A stretch of DNA of 64,000 nt from Candidatus Bathyarchaeota archaeon (GTDB lineage: Archaea; Thermoproteota; Bathyarchaeia; Bathyarchaeales; DTEX01): the NCBI GenBank assembly GCA_963714275.1, contig CAVQNT010000003.1, positions 192,001 to 256,000 of the forward strand, read 5' to 3'. Positions 11,856 through 23,295 of this stretch are shown in pieces; within the stretch, counting starts at the first letter, position 1, and every line of letters begins with the position of its first letter. The notes under the pieces were generated by a model, which did no database searches, was not told the origin of the DNA, and was given only the letters and a program-made list of their open reading frames with translations. Both the position numbers and the translations under genes were made by a program.

Positions 11856-13162
11856 TTGATAAAAATTACCTATCTTGGAGCGGGAAGCGGCTTTGCGCCG
11901 GTTCTGAGTAAAGACATTTTCCAGATTCCGGGGCTTGACAAAGGCGAACTGTGCTTAGTGGACATAGACCCGGAGAGGTTGAAGCTTTCTCAAAGAGCAA
12001 CCGAGATTGTCAACGAGAAGCTGAAGACAAAATGGAAGATTACAGCCTCAACTGACCGCGAAGAGGTCATGAGCGACTCCGACTTCATAATTAACACGAT
12101 CGAAGTCAACGGAGTCCATACAGTCAAGTACGACTACGAGATCCCATTAAAGTATGGAGTTGACCAATGCATCGGCGACACCGTTGGTCCAGGAGGCGTA
12201 ATGAAGGCCTTAAGGACCGTTCCGCCTTGGCTGGAGATACTTAAGGACGTCGAGAGACTTTGCCCAAACGCTTACGTGCTTAACTATACGAACCCGATGT
12301 CCATGATGATGCTTGCGACCTTTCGCACCTCAAAAATGAAGGCTGTGGGGCTATGCCATTCCGTCCAGGGAACCTCCGTTGATTTGTCAAAGTATCTGGG
12401 ACTGCCGTATGAGGAGTTAGAGTGGAAGTGCGCAGGAATCAACCACATGGCATGGTTTACCGAATTAAAATACAAAGGCGAAGACATGTATCCGAACCTA
12501 AAGAAGAAAGTGAAACATGATAAGGCTCTCTACGAAAGGGACCCAGTTAAGTTTGAGACTTCTGCTTCACCTCGGTTACTTCGTGACAGAGTCAAGTGGT
12601 CACATGTCCGAGTACTTGCCGTATTTCCGAAAAAGGTCGGATCTCATCGATAAGTATTGCCGCGAAGGCTACCTTGGCGGCAGAGGATTCTACGCCAAAA
12701 ACTGGCCAAAGTGGAGGCAGGATCTTGACGAGCGAAGGAAACGGATAATTGCGGGACAGGAGGAGCCGCAGTTGAATAAAAGCGTCGAGTACGCGTCCGA
12801 AATTATTGAGAGCATAGTGTTCAACAGGTTCAAGGTCATTTTCGGCAACGTGCTTAACACGGGCTTGATAACGAACCTTCCCCAGAACGAGGTTGTTGAA
12901 GTCGCCTGCTTGATCGACCGCAACGGCGTGAACCCCACGTACTTTGGCGAACTACCCCCACAGTTAGCCGCGCTCAACAAGGCGAACATGGCGGTTTACG
13001 ACTTGGCGATGAGAGCCTATAATGAACGGCAGCTACGAAATGGCGGAGCAGGCAATAATGCTTGACCCGTTGACAGCCGCGGTTTGCTCGCTTGAAGAAA
13101 TAAGAAACATGTTCGCAGAGCTCTACAAAGCAGAGAAGGACTACATACCCAAATTAGATTAA
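11856..13162 (+). CDS. GH4 alpha-galactosidase/alpha-glucosidase (frameshifted)
   Basis: Has GAGS, GDTVGPGG, NYTNP, GLCH, GINH and TESSGHMSEY. Three frames are joined; stop at 13160-13162. Confidence 0.9.
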
Positions 13163-13192
13163 GAATGTTGAAGTGAAAGCCACTATTTCCTT

Positions 13193-15525
13193 TTATATAT
13201 CAACATGGATTCTGCCGCCATTTGGATACAGCCGTGAATAGTTTTTTAGCAATTGGACAGTGACCGGTATTCCCTTGGGTCCTTCCACATCTATTTCTAT
13301 TTTTTTACCAACCTTTTTCCAGTCTACTTTGACCATACCTTGAACCGTAGGCATCTGCCCCTTGGCGTATTCGTAAATGAATTGTGGCTTAACAAGAATC
13401 ACCTCGAACCCAGGTTTCAAGGGTTTAATCCCCAAGACTGCGGTCAGAAAATCCACTGCTGGCCAAGACGACCACGCGTGACAGTCGCTTCTTCCGGGTT
13501 CGTCCCCCTCCTGCCAGGTGGTTAGGTGCCGCACCATCATCTGTCGGTAATCCTCAAGCTGATGTTTGCTGAATTCTTCGTAATGGCCAGTCTGTTCCAG
13601 TGCACGGGCAAGGTAGTAACCATATGGTTTCAGCATAAATCCGCTAACTGCGTCAGTGAAAAGTTTACTCGTGATTTGACTGATTTGGTCCTGCGTGGCG
13701 GCTCCAGCAAGGATCGGTTGCACCTGACTATGCTGGCTGACTGGTTTTTCTATCAGTTCAGGAGACTCCGCGAACAGGCGTTGTTTCTTGTCCCAGCATA
13801 AGTCGTGAACGGCAATCCTTACTCGGTTTGCCAATGGTCGCCAGCGGTCAGCGTCCTCTTTGAATCCAGCTTCCTCGTGCAAACGAATGGCGGCTGTTAA
13901 GGCAGCAAGGTATAGACTGGAAATGTAGGTTGATCCACCGTCCGCAACTGCCTTCGTCAGCATCGAGCCTCCTTCGCCATTGCCTCCGATCGGATTCCAA
14001 TACGGAAGCTTGCCCACAAGATTGTCCTCTCGCAGGTAGCTTCGGAACCACGTTAACACACCGTCAACCGCGAACAGATTGGACCGAACGAAGTCAGCGT
14101 CCTTTTTGCCTACCCACTCCCAATAGTCTTGAACCATCAGGACCCACGCCAAAGCAAAGTATGGCAGCCTGTGTGTACGTCTCGAGGGTACGCGGCAATG
14201 GATAAGGCCGTCAGGACGCATCGAGTTCCGGAACAGGAGGATTGAACGTCGCGGCAGTCTGGTTTCTCCAGCCAAGGCAAGGCTGCAGAGCGCCTCGTTT
14301 CGGGCGTCAAAAATGTAATGCAGCTGCTCGTAGTACGGGCAGTCTTCATAGGTTTCGTGGCTGCACAACTGAAGCGTGCGCCAGCTTATTTCCATCATTC
14401 TTTTCGAGTCTGGGTCTGAAGATTCGTAGTTGGCTTTTAGTTCCTGAGACCATGTTGTGAACCTGTAAGTTGCATCTTTGAGAACAAAGGGTTCATTTCC
14501 AGCGGAGACTTTTATGCGGATGAACCAGAAGGTGCGCCAATGGAAAGACTCGTAATAGAAAAATCCGCCGGGAAGAACGACCGTATCGTAGTAGCCAACG
14601 ATTACGCCCCTTTCAAGTTCATCCCGAACTGCCTTTTTCGTTGGGAAAGTACGGTTGCCCCTAGTAACATTTTCATTGACTTGTTCTCCATAGATTATTT
14701 CGACGGTACGTCCTTTTCCCCCTTCAAATTGAAGCTCAAGAAACCCCGTTGTCAACACGCCTGCATCAAGAATTATTTCGCCAGCCTCACCTGCCACTAG
14801 CCTCCACCCTTTTGGCGCGTCGCCGAACAGGTGTTCCGTCTCTTTCATGTCGCAAATGGTGCGAACGAAGCTTCTCGGTTCCTCAACCAACATCGGCACA
14901 TCGCGCGGCGTCAAGTGCCAAACGGCGTGTAATTCGCCCCACGTGGGATCCACGTCTGCGGCGACAACAAAACAGGCATCTTCCCAGTCGGAATCGTCAA
15001 AACCTGGGTACCACCAGCCGACGGGATATTTGGTTCCGTCAACCAGTTCCATATGGTCCAGAAAGTTCATTGCGTTGGAAAAATGTGTAACGTTCGGTTT
15101 GACGGCGCGGTCAACTTGTACCTTCCAGTTCTTCGGCGTGTCGATGCCTGTGGTCCTTGGTCCTTGCAGAAGAAACCCAGAGTAACCACTGTGGATTTCG
15201 TTGTTTGGGCTGTTGAGACCAAACCACACAACTTCAGCCGCGATAACATTACGACCTTTCTTTAACAGTTTACCAATGTCATAGTTTTCATAGTAGTAAC
15301 AATCCAGTTCGCCTTTCAGTGGTCCTCTACCCGCCCTTTGCCCGTTCACGAACAAACGGTAACGGCTATCCGCCGAGACACTAACAATGAAACTGTCAGG
15401 CTTTTCGTCAAGATGAAAGGTACGCCTGAAACGGCGAATGCACAGTCCAGGTCCACCGCGCTCCGACTCCAAGCAAACGCGGCTTGCCATCGTCCCTTAA
15501 CCTCGTAACCCTCGATGAGGCTCAA
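13193..15525 (-). CDS. GH78 alpha-L-rhamnosidase-like protein (N-terminal frameshift)
   Basis: Has SADSRYRLFVNG, DCPYYEQL, and TWQE..SDCHAW. The probable TTG start at 15525 follows GGAGG and gives the WQA..W N-terminus. Confidence 0.85.
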
Positions 15526-15689
15526 CAGTCGTCCTCCTCCATCATAACCCGATACGTCACAGTCATTATTTCAGCTTTCCCAAACAACCCCTTCCTGATT
15601 GATTGGGAAAAAAGAATAATAACCAAAGTCCGCATCTATCTAAACGCTGGGCAACAAGCCACTGCACAACAGCAAGCAGAATCGTCGAA

Positions 15690-15776
15690 GCCGGGTTACC
15701 CTAGCCTGGTATGGGGCAGGCCTGCTAAGTCTGTGACCGTTTGGTCGCGTGGGTTCGAATCCCACACCCGGCGCCA
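15690..15776 (+). tRNA. tRNA-Ser(GCT)
   Basis: Acceptor GCCGGGT/ACCCGGC, anticodon loop CT-GCT-AA, long variable arm, GGTTCGAATCC T-arm and encoded CCA. Confidence 0.95.
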
Positions 15777-15810
15777 TTTTACAAAAACAATTTTTTTTGT
15801 TGGATTGTTG

Positions 15811-16335
15811 CTAGGTTGGTACAATTTGTTGTTGGGCTAAATGAACGATTTTTTCTATGAATGCTGTTTTTGCGTCCGTGTAGCCGACGCGGTTTATACC
15901 GAACTTTTTTGAGAGCCTCCTTTTTAGTTTGTAGTATTTTTCAGCCACGTCCGAATGGTTTCTTAGGTAGTCTCGAAAAACCAGATGTCTGTTCCAGTGA
16001 CCACTTTGGAATTTCATGAGGTGCAGGTGGTATCCTACACTGTGGGGCGCTTTTCCTAGGCAGTAAAACCATTCTGAGTTGTCGGGTTCAGGCGTAACAT
16101 CAGTATAGCCGATTTTCTGTAATGGAAAAAGGCATTCATCGGCGTTGGTCTTATTATGGACTCCAACCATTATGTCTATGATCGGCTTCGCCCCCAAACC
16201 GGGCACTGCGGTGCTGCCTACGTGTTCGATGGCCAAGATTCTGTCTCCGACTGCCTCTAGAATTTGTTGTTTCTCTTTTTCATACAGAATTGGCCAATCG
16301 GGATCGTAGTCTACGATTATTACAGGACCCGGCAT
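15811..16335 (-). CDS. GrpB/UPF0157 nucleotidyltransferase-like protein
   Basis: Has EHVGSTAVPGLGAKPIIDI, FRDYLR and YTDAKT. Confidence 0.9.
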   Translation of the reverse strand: MPGPVIIVDYDPDWPILYEKEKQQILEAVGDRILAIEHVGSTAVPGLGAKPIIDIMVGVHNKTNADECLFPLQKIGYTDVTPEPDNSEWFYCLGKAPHSVGYHLHLMKFQSGHWNRHLVFRDYLRNHSDVAEKYYKLKRRLSKKFGINRVGYTDAKTAFIEKIVHLAQQQIVPT

Positions 16336-16452
16336 GGTAAGCCCAATTTATTCGGTCTCGTTTTCGGTATATAAACATGCATATTCGAAACAGGCAATGG
16401 CATGTTAGAATTAAATGCGTCTAAGGTTCTTCTATTATGCGTGGTGTTAGCT

Positions 16453-17886
16453 ATGTCAGCCGAAAAAGAGTCTTCCAGCTCATGGATTGAGGAAAACAGG
16501 ACAAGAATAATCAAAATCAGCGACGAAATTTGGGAGCTTGCTGAGCTCGGGCTGATCGAGTTTAAGTCTTCGAAGATTCTTGCAGACGAGCTTGAAAGAA
16601 ACGGCTTCAAGGTTGAACGTGGAGTCGCGGGGATGCCTACAGCTTTCGTTGCATCGTGGGGCAGTTCCAAACCCGTCATAAGCATATTGGGCGAATTTGA
16701 CGCTTTACCTGGACTTTCACAAAAGAAGGCTCCCTCAAAAGAACCATTACATCTTGGAAAACCTGGACACGGTTGCGGACACAACATTCATGGCACAAGC
16801 GGCATGGCAGCGGCTGTAGCCATCAAAAACGCAATGCAGAAACACCGAATTGGGGGCACGATAAAGTTTTTTGGTTGCCCAGCTGAGGAAAACTTCAACG
16901 GTAAAGTCTTCATGGTCAGAGACGGATGCTTTAGCGGCGTTGACGCCGTGTTAAGCCATCATCCAGGCGACATGAACTGTGCTACCTTGAAGAGCTGCTT
17001 GTCCCTCGACAACGTTAAGTTCAGTTTTTTTGGCAAGTCCGCTCACGCTGGAGGCTCGCCTCATCAGGGCAGAAGCGCTTTAGACGCTGTTGAGCTGATG
17101 AACGTTGGGGTCAACTATCTGAGGGAACATGTGATTCAGGATGCTAGAATTCACTATGTTATTGAGAAAGGCGGCGAACAGCCTAACATTGTTCCAGACT
17201 ATGCGCGAAGCTGGTATTACGTGAGGGCGCCTGAAAGAAACCAGGTTGAATACCTGTATAACTGGGTTCTTGATATTGCTGAAGGTGCTGCCAAAATGAC
17301 CAGAACGGAAATGAAATATGAGTCCATGGGCGGACTTTACAACTTGATTCCTAACAAGACCATATGTGAAAAGATCACAAGCAATATGCGGGAAATCGGA
17401 GTCCCCAAATATGATGAAGAAGATTTAGAGTTCGCACAGAAAATTTCGGAATCGATCCCGCCTGAAATGAAGTATGAAGAAATGAAAGAGTCTAAACGAC
17501 CAAATTGGGAAAGTCTTCTTGACAAGTTGTTGGACGACGAGGTTCCTGATCCTTGGGGAGAAGGCTTGGTCAGCCACGGAAGCACAGACGTTGCGGACGT
17601 AAGTTGGCAGATACCTGCCGTGGAGTTCAGCACAGCAACATGGGTTCTCGGCACACCAGGACACTCGTGGCAGAACGTTGCTCAAAGCGGCGTCGGAATT
17701 GGACACAAATCCCTAATCTTCGCAGCGAGGGTTATGGCTGCAACAAGCATCGACCTTTTGACTGACACAGAGCTTCTGAAAAGAGCGAATAAAGAACACA
17801 AACAAAGACTTGTAGGTAAAGAGTATAAGAGCCCTTTACCCCTTGGGATTCAACCGCTCTTGGACATATGGAACAAATCAGTATAG
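16453..17886 (+). CDS. M20 amidohydrolase, p-aminobenzoyl-glutamate hydrolase subunit B-like
   Basis: Has EFDALPGL, GHGCGHN, PAEE, GRSALDAVELMN and GSTDVADVSW. Confidence 0.88.
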   Translation: MSAEKESSSSWIEENRTRIIKISDEIWELAELGLIEFKSSKILADELERNGFKVERGVAGMPTAFVASWGSSKPVISILGEFDALPGLSQKKAPSKEPLHLGKPGHGCGHNIHGTSGMAAAVAIKNAMQKHRIGGTIKFFGCPAEENFNGKVFMVRDGCFSGVDAVLSHHPGDMNCATLKSCLSLDNVKFSFFGKSAHAGGSPHQGRSALDAVELMNVGVNYLREHVIQDARIHYVIEKGGEQPNIVPDYARSWYYVRAPERNQVEYLYNWVLDIAEGAAKMTRTEMKYESMGGLYNLIPNKTICEKITSNMREIGVPKYDEEDLEFAQKISESIPPEMKYEEMKESKRPNWESLLDKLLDDEVPDPWGEGLVSHGSTDVADVSWQIPAVEFSTATWVLGTPGHSWQNVAQSGVGIGHKSLIFAARVMAATSIDLLTDTELLKRANKEHKQRLVGKEYKSPLPLGIQPLLDIWNKSV

Positions 17887-18228
17887 CGGTATCAAAGAAA
17901 AAAAATATATTATATGAGGAAAAGTTTTCACAACTTGTCTTGTGATCCAGCTTACGTGCTAAGGATTATGACCTTGTCTTTCTTATTTGATACAAAAAAG
18001 ACCAGAGCAATGTCGAGTATAACCAAAACCATGATTATGAAGAGTACCTCTAAAAAAATAGGTCGTGAAGAAGGTAAACAGCTAGTCCACTAACCTGCTT
18101 AAGGAATTCTACATGTTAAAACGGTGCTGTCAAATTCATAAATCCCTTATGAACAACCTATATAGAGCCTTAACAAATATCAGAAACGAATGCAACTGTC
18201 TCAATCTATCTAAATACAGCCTTTTTGT

Positions 18229-18426
18229 CTATTTGTGCAGCGAAACAAAGCGTCTAGTGGACCTGTCATAAGATTTTTCCACTTGAGACGGGAAAAAGCA
18301 AGCTGGCAATTCACCATGTGACCTGTGAGTTCTTATGCATTCGCAGCACTTGCCTTTTAGGTCGCAGGAATATGTACAGTTACAGTCTTCAAGGTTAATC
18401 TCAACATTTGGACAAGCTTCTCTCAA
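18229..18426 (-). CDS. Small Cys-rich protein (DUF6485-like)
   Basis: Has the pattern C..N...CNCTY.C..KGKCCECI..H....ELPACFF. Confidence 0.75.
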   Translation of the reverse strand: MREACPNVEINLEDCNCTYSCDLKGKCCECIRTHRSHGELPACFFPSQVEKSYDRSTRRFVSLHK

Positions 18427-18510
18427 AACCTAGCTCACCTTTTCACATGCACCATTATAAATAAAGATAAAATCTTTCCCTATAAAAGTGAAACCATCGA
18501 GCGAGAAAGT

Positions 18511-19475
18511 TTAGGCGCTTCTTACGGTAATGCCTGTCTTTTTGTACATCAGATACTTTTCAAATTTCTGTCTTGTCGGGCTACCTCGAGTCTCAGGCTT
18601 CGTTGCCTTCAACGCGCCAGCCAAGTTCGCTCGTTCCAAACATTCCTCGTCGTTCAAGCCCCGCGATTTCGAAGCCACGAACATTCCCAGAAAAGCATCT
18701 CCGCAACCAACGGTATTCACAACTTTCAAGCCGAGCTCTTCTAAGTTGACACCTGGCACCGTGACCATCCACTCTGAAGTCATTAGTGAACAGCCCCTTT
18801 CCCCAAGCTTCACAATAAGTCTCAACCGATCGTTAAATGATATTAGTTTCTTCCACGCTTTTGTGGGTTCTTTTTCTCCAGTCAGGTTCTTTACCTCAAC
18901 TTGGTTGACCACAAGGTAGTCAAGGTTCTCGAGAACCTCACCCAGCTTTTCCATACCGAGTACGCTTCTGACACCTGCGTCCCAAACAACAAATTTTGCG
19001 TTTTTCTTTGCCAAAGTAGCTGCTGCTTTAATAGTTTCAAGAGGCGGATCAATCAAAGCGACGATGGATGATTCCTTGATTAAACCATAAATCTCGTTAA
19101 CCTGTAAATCCTTCGGCATAAGTTTGAGGTTCGCTCCGAAAAGGGTGTTAATGACGTTTCTTCCGTTCTTGTCGATTAGTATGTAGGCTTGCCCTGATTC
19201 CGCGTCCTCAATGACCTTTATTCCAGAAACTACGACACCTTCATCCTTCAGTATCTTCATTTGTTGGTCTGCAAAGGAGTCTCTTCCCAAGCAACCGATA
19301 AGAGCCACCTGGTCTGGACCCAAGATTCTGGCTGAGGCGACTGCCACGTTCGCAGCTTTCCTCCGGGAACACGCGATATTTTTTCAACAGGAACCTCTTC
19401 GCCGATTTCGGGAAACCTTTCTACAAACAGGTTTATGTCCCAGTTAATTGCGCCTACGACGCATATTTTGACCAA
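18511..19475 (-). CDS. PfkB/ribokinase-family kinase (frameshift near 19355)
   Basis: N-terminal VGAINWD...PGGK, then AANVAVA and NTVGCGDAF. Confidence 0.85.
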
Positions 19476-19513
19476 AAATTCCGCCTTCCACTTATTTATT
19501 GTTCTGGAATTGT

Positions 19514-20571
19514 TCACATCCAAGGATCCACTATGACCTTTATGGCATCCACGTTTCGGTTCTCAAGCGCGTTAATTGCTTCCTCTATTTTTTCAAGCGG
19601 AAACTTGTGGGTAATGAACTTTTTCACGTCGACCTTACCAGACGCCACGAGGCTTAAGGCTTCTAGGTATTGGCTTCTGTTAGAGGCGTTTGCCCCATGC
19701 ACGTGCAACTCGTTGTAATGAATCAAATTCGCGTCAATGTTGGCATAAGAGTCTTCTTTCGGAACTCCAGCAAAAAGCTCACATCCGCGTCAACCGCAGC
19801 CATCTCGAGAGCTTCCCTTTGAATTTCCTTTGAAGAAGCCGCACATATTACGACGTCTACACCTAACCCGTCCGTTAGTTCCTTGACTTTGTCAACAAGA
19901 CTACAAGTGCTGGCATCAACGTAGGTGTCCACGGGTAAACCTATTTTTTGTGCAAGAACAAGCCGCGGAGAAGAACGGTTAATCAGAATCACCTTAGCGC
20001 CTTTCTGTTTAGCGTACTCTGTGTGAAGCATGCCGATTATGCCAGCGCCTATTACGACAGCTGTGAAACCTTGAGGACGGAGTTTGAAGGGGTGCCACCC
20101 GTTAATCACGCACGAAAGGGGTTCGACGACGCTGGCTTCCTCAAAAGATAACGATTTAGGTATCTTGATAACGTTTCCCTGCTTTACAGCGGGTTTCGGC
20201 ATGAGGAGAAACTGCGCGTACCCTCCGTTGAACTGGTAGCCTATAGCTTTGTACTTTCTTCGGCAACGGTTTTCTTCGCCTTTTTTGCACGCGTCGCATC
20301 TGCCGCATCCGACAACTGTTTCTGGGATAACTTTGTCGCCAACAGAGTAACCTTCGACGCCTTCGCTTATTTCTTCAATTATGCCTGAAATTTCGTGCCC
20401 CGTGATTTGAACGTCGATTTTCTTTTGTCCACGGAAAATCCGTAAGTCAGTGCCGCAGACAGCGCAGGCTTTCACTTTGATTAGGATTTCGCCTTGTCCG
20501 CATTTGGGTTTATCAACCTCTGACACTACGAATTGTCCGGGTTTAGTTAGAATTGCTGCTTTCATCTTCAT
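19514..20571 (-). CDS. Zinc-dependent polyol/threonine dehydrogenase (MDR family), frameshifted
   Basis: Has VCGTD, GHE, the structural Zn motif CGRCDAC...C and GAGIIG. The C-terminus is in ORF 19514-19726. Confidence 0.88.
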
Positions 20572-20735
20572 TTGTTAGCCACAATGTTACTTTAGGTTTA
20601 AGCAGAGAAAAAGGTTTTCGAGTGTTGGTTTTTAGCAGTTACAACGGAATCAAAAAGTTCATTGTTCAAACACTTTTTTGTACCTAAAAGATAATATATC
20701 TAGGAAATAATGAACATTTTAAGAGTGGTGCTAGC

Positions 20736-21935
20736 ATGGTTACTGAGGTCATAATGCCGAAGATGGGGCAGACGATGGAAAAGGGGAAGATCATAAGGTG
20801 GCTTAAAAAAGAAGGCGAAGAGGTCCAAAAAGAAGAGCCACTGCTTGAGATTGAAACTGACAAGACGACCATTGAGGTTGAGTCCAGAGGCACAGGCATC
20901 CTAAAAAAGATTCTAGTCCAAGAAGGAGAAGAAGCCCCCATATCTGCCGTAATCGGCTATATTGCCAAAGAAGACGAAATTCTCCCCGTAGAAATAAGTC
21001 AGAAAACAGAATTGTTAGCTGAAAAAATCCTCAGCTGAAAACGCTGTGAAACCGTTAAAAATTGTTACAAATGTCGAAAACATTGAAAGAATTAAAGCTT
21101 CGCCGTTAGCTGAAAAGCTCGCAGATGAATTAGGCGTCGATGTAAGCCAAGTTAAAGGCACAGGACCAGGAGGAAGAATCACTAGGGAAGACGTTCTCGC
21201 ATTTGCATCTAAGAAGCCATCACTAGTTGTTGAGGAAACAGTTCCAGCGTTTCAGGCAGTCCCCATGACGAGCATGCGGAAAGCCATCGCTGCGATGATG
21301 GTTCAAAGCAAAACCAGCGTCCCACATTTCTATGTCAGCGCACAGGTCGACATGACGGAGGTAGTTAAATTGCGGGAGAAGATACTTCCTGCTTACGAGA
21401 CTGAGTTTGGAGTCCGATTGTCCTTTACTCACATACTGGTCAAAGCTGTTGCTACAGCGCTTAAGGAGTTTCCTCAGTTGAACTCGACTTTTGAGTATGA
21501 AGCCATCAGACAGTGGAAAGACATCAACGTCGGAGTCGCTGTCAGCTTGGACGACGGACTGATCGTTCCGGTTCTCAGAAAAGCCAACGAGTTAAGCCTT
21601 AAGGAAATCGCTGTGAGGATGACTGAGACTCATGGTAAAGGCGAGGGACCGGAAACTCCGCGAGGAAGAGTTTTCGGGTGGGACTTTCACGATTTCTAAC
21701 ATGGGCGCTTTTGGCGTTGACTCCTTTATTGCCATCATCAACGTTCCCGAGGCAGCTATTCTTGCATCAGGCGCCATAAATGACAGAGTGGCTGTCGTAA
21801 ACAGCGAATTTGTCTTGAGAAAGATGATGAATGTTACGTTGTCAGACTGATCACCGTGTCGTCGACGGAGTCTACGCTGCAAAGTTCCTCCAGAAAGTCA
21901 AGAACCTACTGGAAACGCCCCAGAATTTAGTCTAA
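20736..21935 (+). CDS. 2-oxoacid dehydrogenase E2 (dihydrolipoamide acyltransferase), multiple frameshifts
   Basis: Has the lipoyl domain IETDKTT, the E3-binding [21 protein letters not shown] and DHRVVDG (shifted). Confidence 0.88.
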
Positions 21936-21955
21936 CTAAAATATTTACTTACAGC

Positions 21956-22032
21956 AATAATCGTTTTATTGCGTTTTAGTCTGGTCTGTTTTGTGTAACA
22001 TCCGATTTTCAGTTTTGTGTAACAAATTGCCA
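21956..22032 (+). repeat. Dispersed intergenic repeat, copy B (partial)
   Basis: 21984-22017 matches 31998-32031 at 29/34. 21971-21994 matches copy A at 22/24. Confidence 0.7.
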
Positions 22033-22081
22033 TTTATGAAAATATTTTTTTTACCGAAATCAGCGGTTATCCCAAGGATTA

Positions 22082-22705
22082 TCAAAGAATGTTTTTGACA
22101 ATTTTTGCGACTGCTTCACCTCACTGTTTGTGCGCTTCTTTTTCGAGGTGTATTCCGTCGATGTCGCTTGATTTGATTACGGTTGAGGTGTCGAAGAGTT
22201 CGCATCCGTACATCTTTGCTACGTTTCTAAAATGTTCAGTGAACCTTTGGGACTTCTCGCGTCCTCCCTCAAACATCTCGTTAAGGCATGTGAGCTTCCC
22301 CAAAGGCGGAGGAACAAGCAACAGAACCTTCGGCGCCTTCCAGTTTCTGCCGCTTCCGCTTTTGTTAACGGTGTCGACGAGGACTCCAGATCCGAAGGCA
22401 ATGTCTTGAGCTGAGACTGAGAACCATTTCTTGAGCTCGTTCGTTCCCAACAAAATGATGACAAGGTCAAGAGGCGAGTGGGTTGCGAGGCACGGAATCA
22501 AATATTCCTTGCCATTTTTGTGCCCTTCAATGGGGTCTTCCCAGACGGTGGTTCTGCCCCCTAACCCCTCCTCAATCACATGATATTCGTCGCCGAGGGC
22601 TTTCTGAAGGACGCCGGGCCACCTGTCGTCCCTGCTGAACCTTCCGCCCGTTGTTGGGTCTGCCCCCCAAGTGTTCGAATCGCCGTAACATAATACTTTA
22701 AACAT
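22082..22705 (-). CDS. SGNH/GDSL hydrolase (arylesterase-like) with an in-frame TGA 13 codons before the true end
   Basis: Has GDSNTWG, EGLGGRTT, LGTNE and DGIH. The C-terminus reads HKQ*GEAVAKIVKNIL* with TGA at 22121-22123. Confidence 0.85.
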
Positions 22706-22908
22706 AGCCAGCGTCCCTTCCTTGCGTTTAAGACCGAAACAATCTTCACTTACGCTTTCTCAAGCTTTCTGAGCTATCGTATATAAAATTTGGCTCACCG
22801 AGGTTTAAAAAAAAACAACTGCGACTTCACGTTAAAACAACTAATCCTTATGCGTCACGAAAGCCACGTGAATTAAGGAACTAAGTTTCAGGAAAATTAA
22901 TGATCTAA

Positions 22909-23295
22909 TCAACAGTGCGTTATTTCTTCGTTATCAGACAGCAATTCAATAATTTCCTGTTCTTTTTTGAGCCAAAACTCGCCATACTCGACTGTTCTTC
23001 CCATCTTGGATTCAACGAGCCTAAGAAACTCTTTGGAACCAACCTTTTTGATGCATTAGACGAAGCCTCTGCAGAGTCCTTTCCACGCTTCGTTAGACGG
23101 GTTAAAGTATCCGTTTTCGCACGGGGCTTTGTCACACTGCCAGCATCCTTCAAACCCTTTTCCAGTACAGCAGATGCGCTAAAAACAGTCAGGGTCGCCG
23201 CCTTCGCTTCCGCATCCCCTGCATGGGTTGGGTGGCTTAACAGTGTTCTTGCGCACCTTACAGACTAATCCGCAATATCCTAAGGGTTCAACCAA
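22909..23295 (-). pseudogene. DUF3795-like Cys-rich protein pseudogene
   Basis: Reads MVEPLGYCGLVCKVR..CRGC..DCF*RICC..KG..GCWQC..PC...FV*CIK in one frame, with TAG at 23179-81 and TAA at 23056-58. It is absent from the ORF track. Confidence 0.75.

Noticed and set aside
15484-15840. 118-aa plus-strand ORF (likewise 51069-51398 and 60259-60441)
   Set aside because: These are shadow ORFs overlapping tRNA genes.
17950-18095. Hydrophobic minus-strand reading (..EVLFIIMVLVILDIALVFFVSNKK..)
   Set aside because: It is short, broken by a T-run and has no clear start. At most it is an unidentifiable membrane-gene remnant.
22121-23181. In-frame TGA/TAG as selenocysteine or pyrrolysine recoding
   Set aside because: The TGA aligns with a conserved Leu rather than Cys, a TAA interrupts the same gene as the TAG, and no SECIS or pyl genes were seen.
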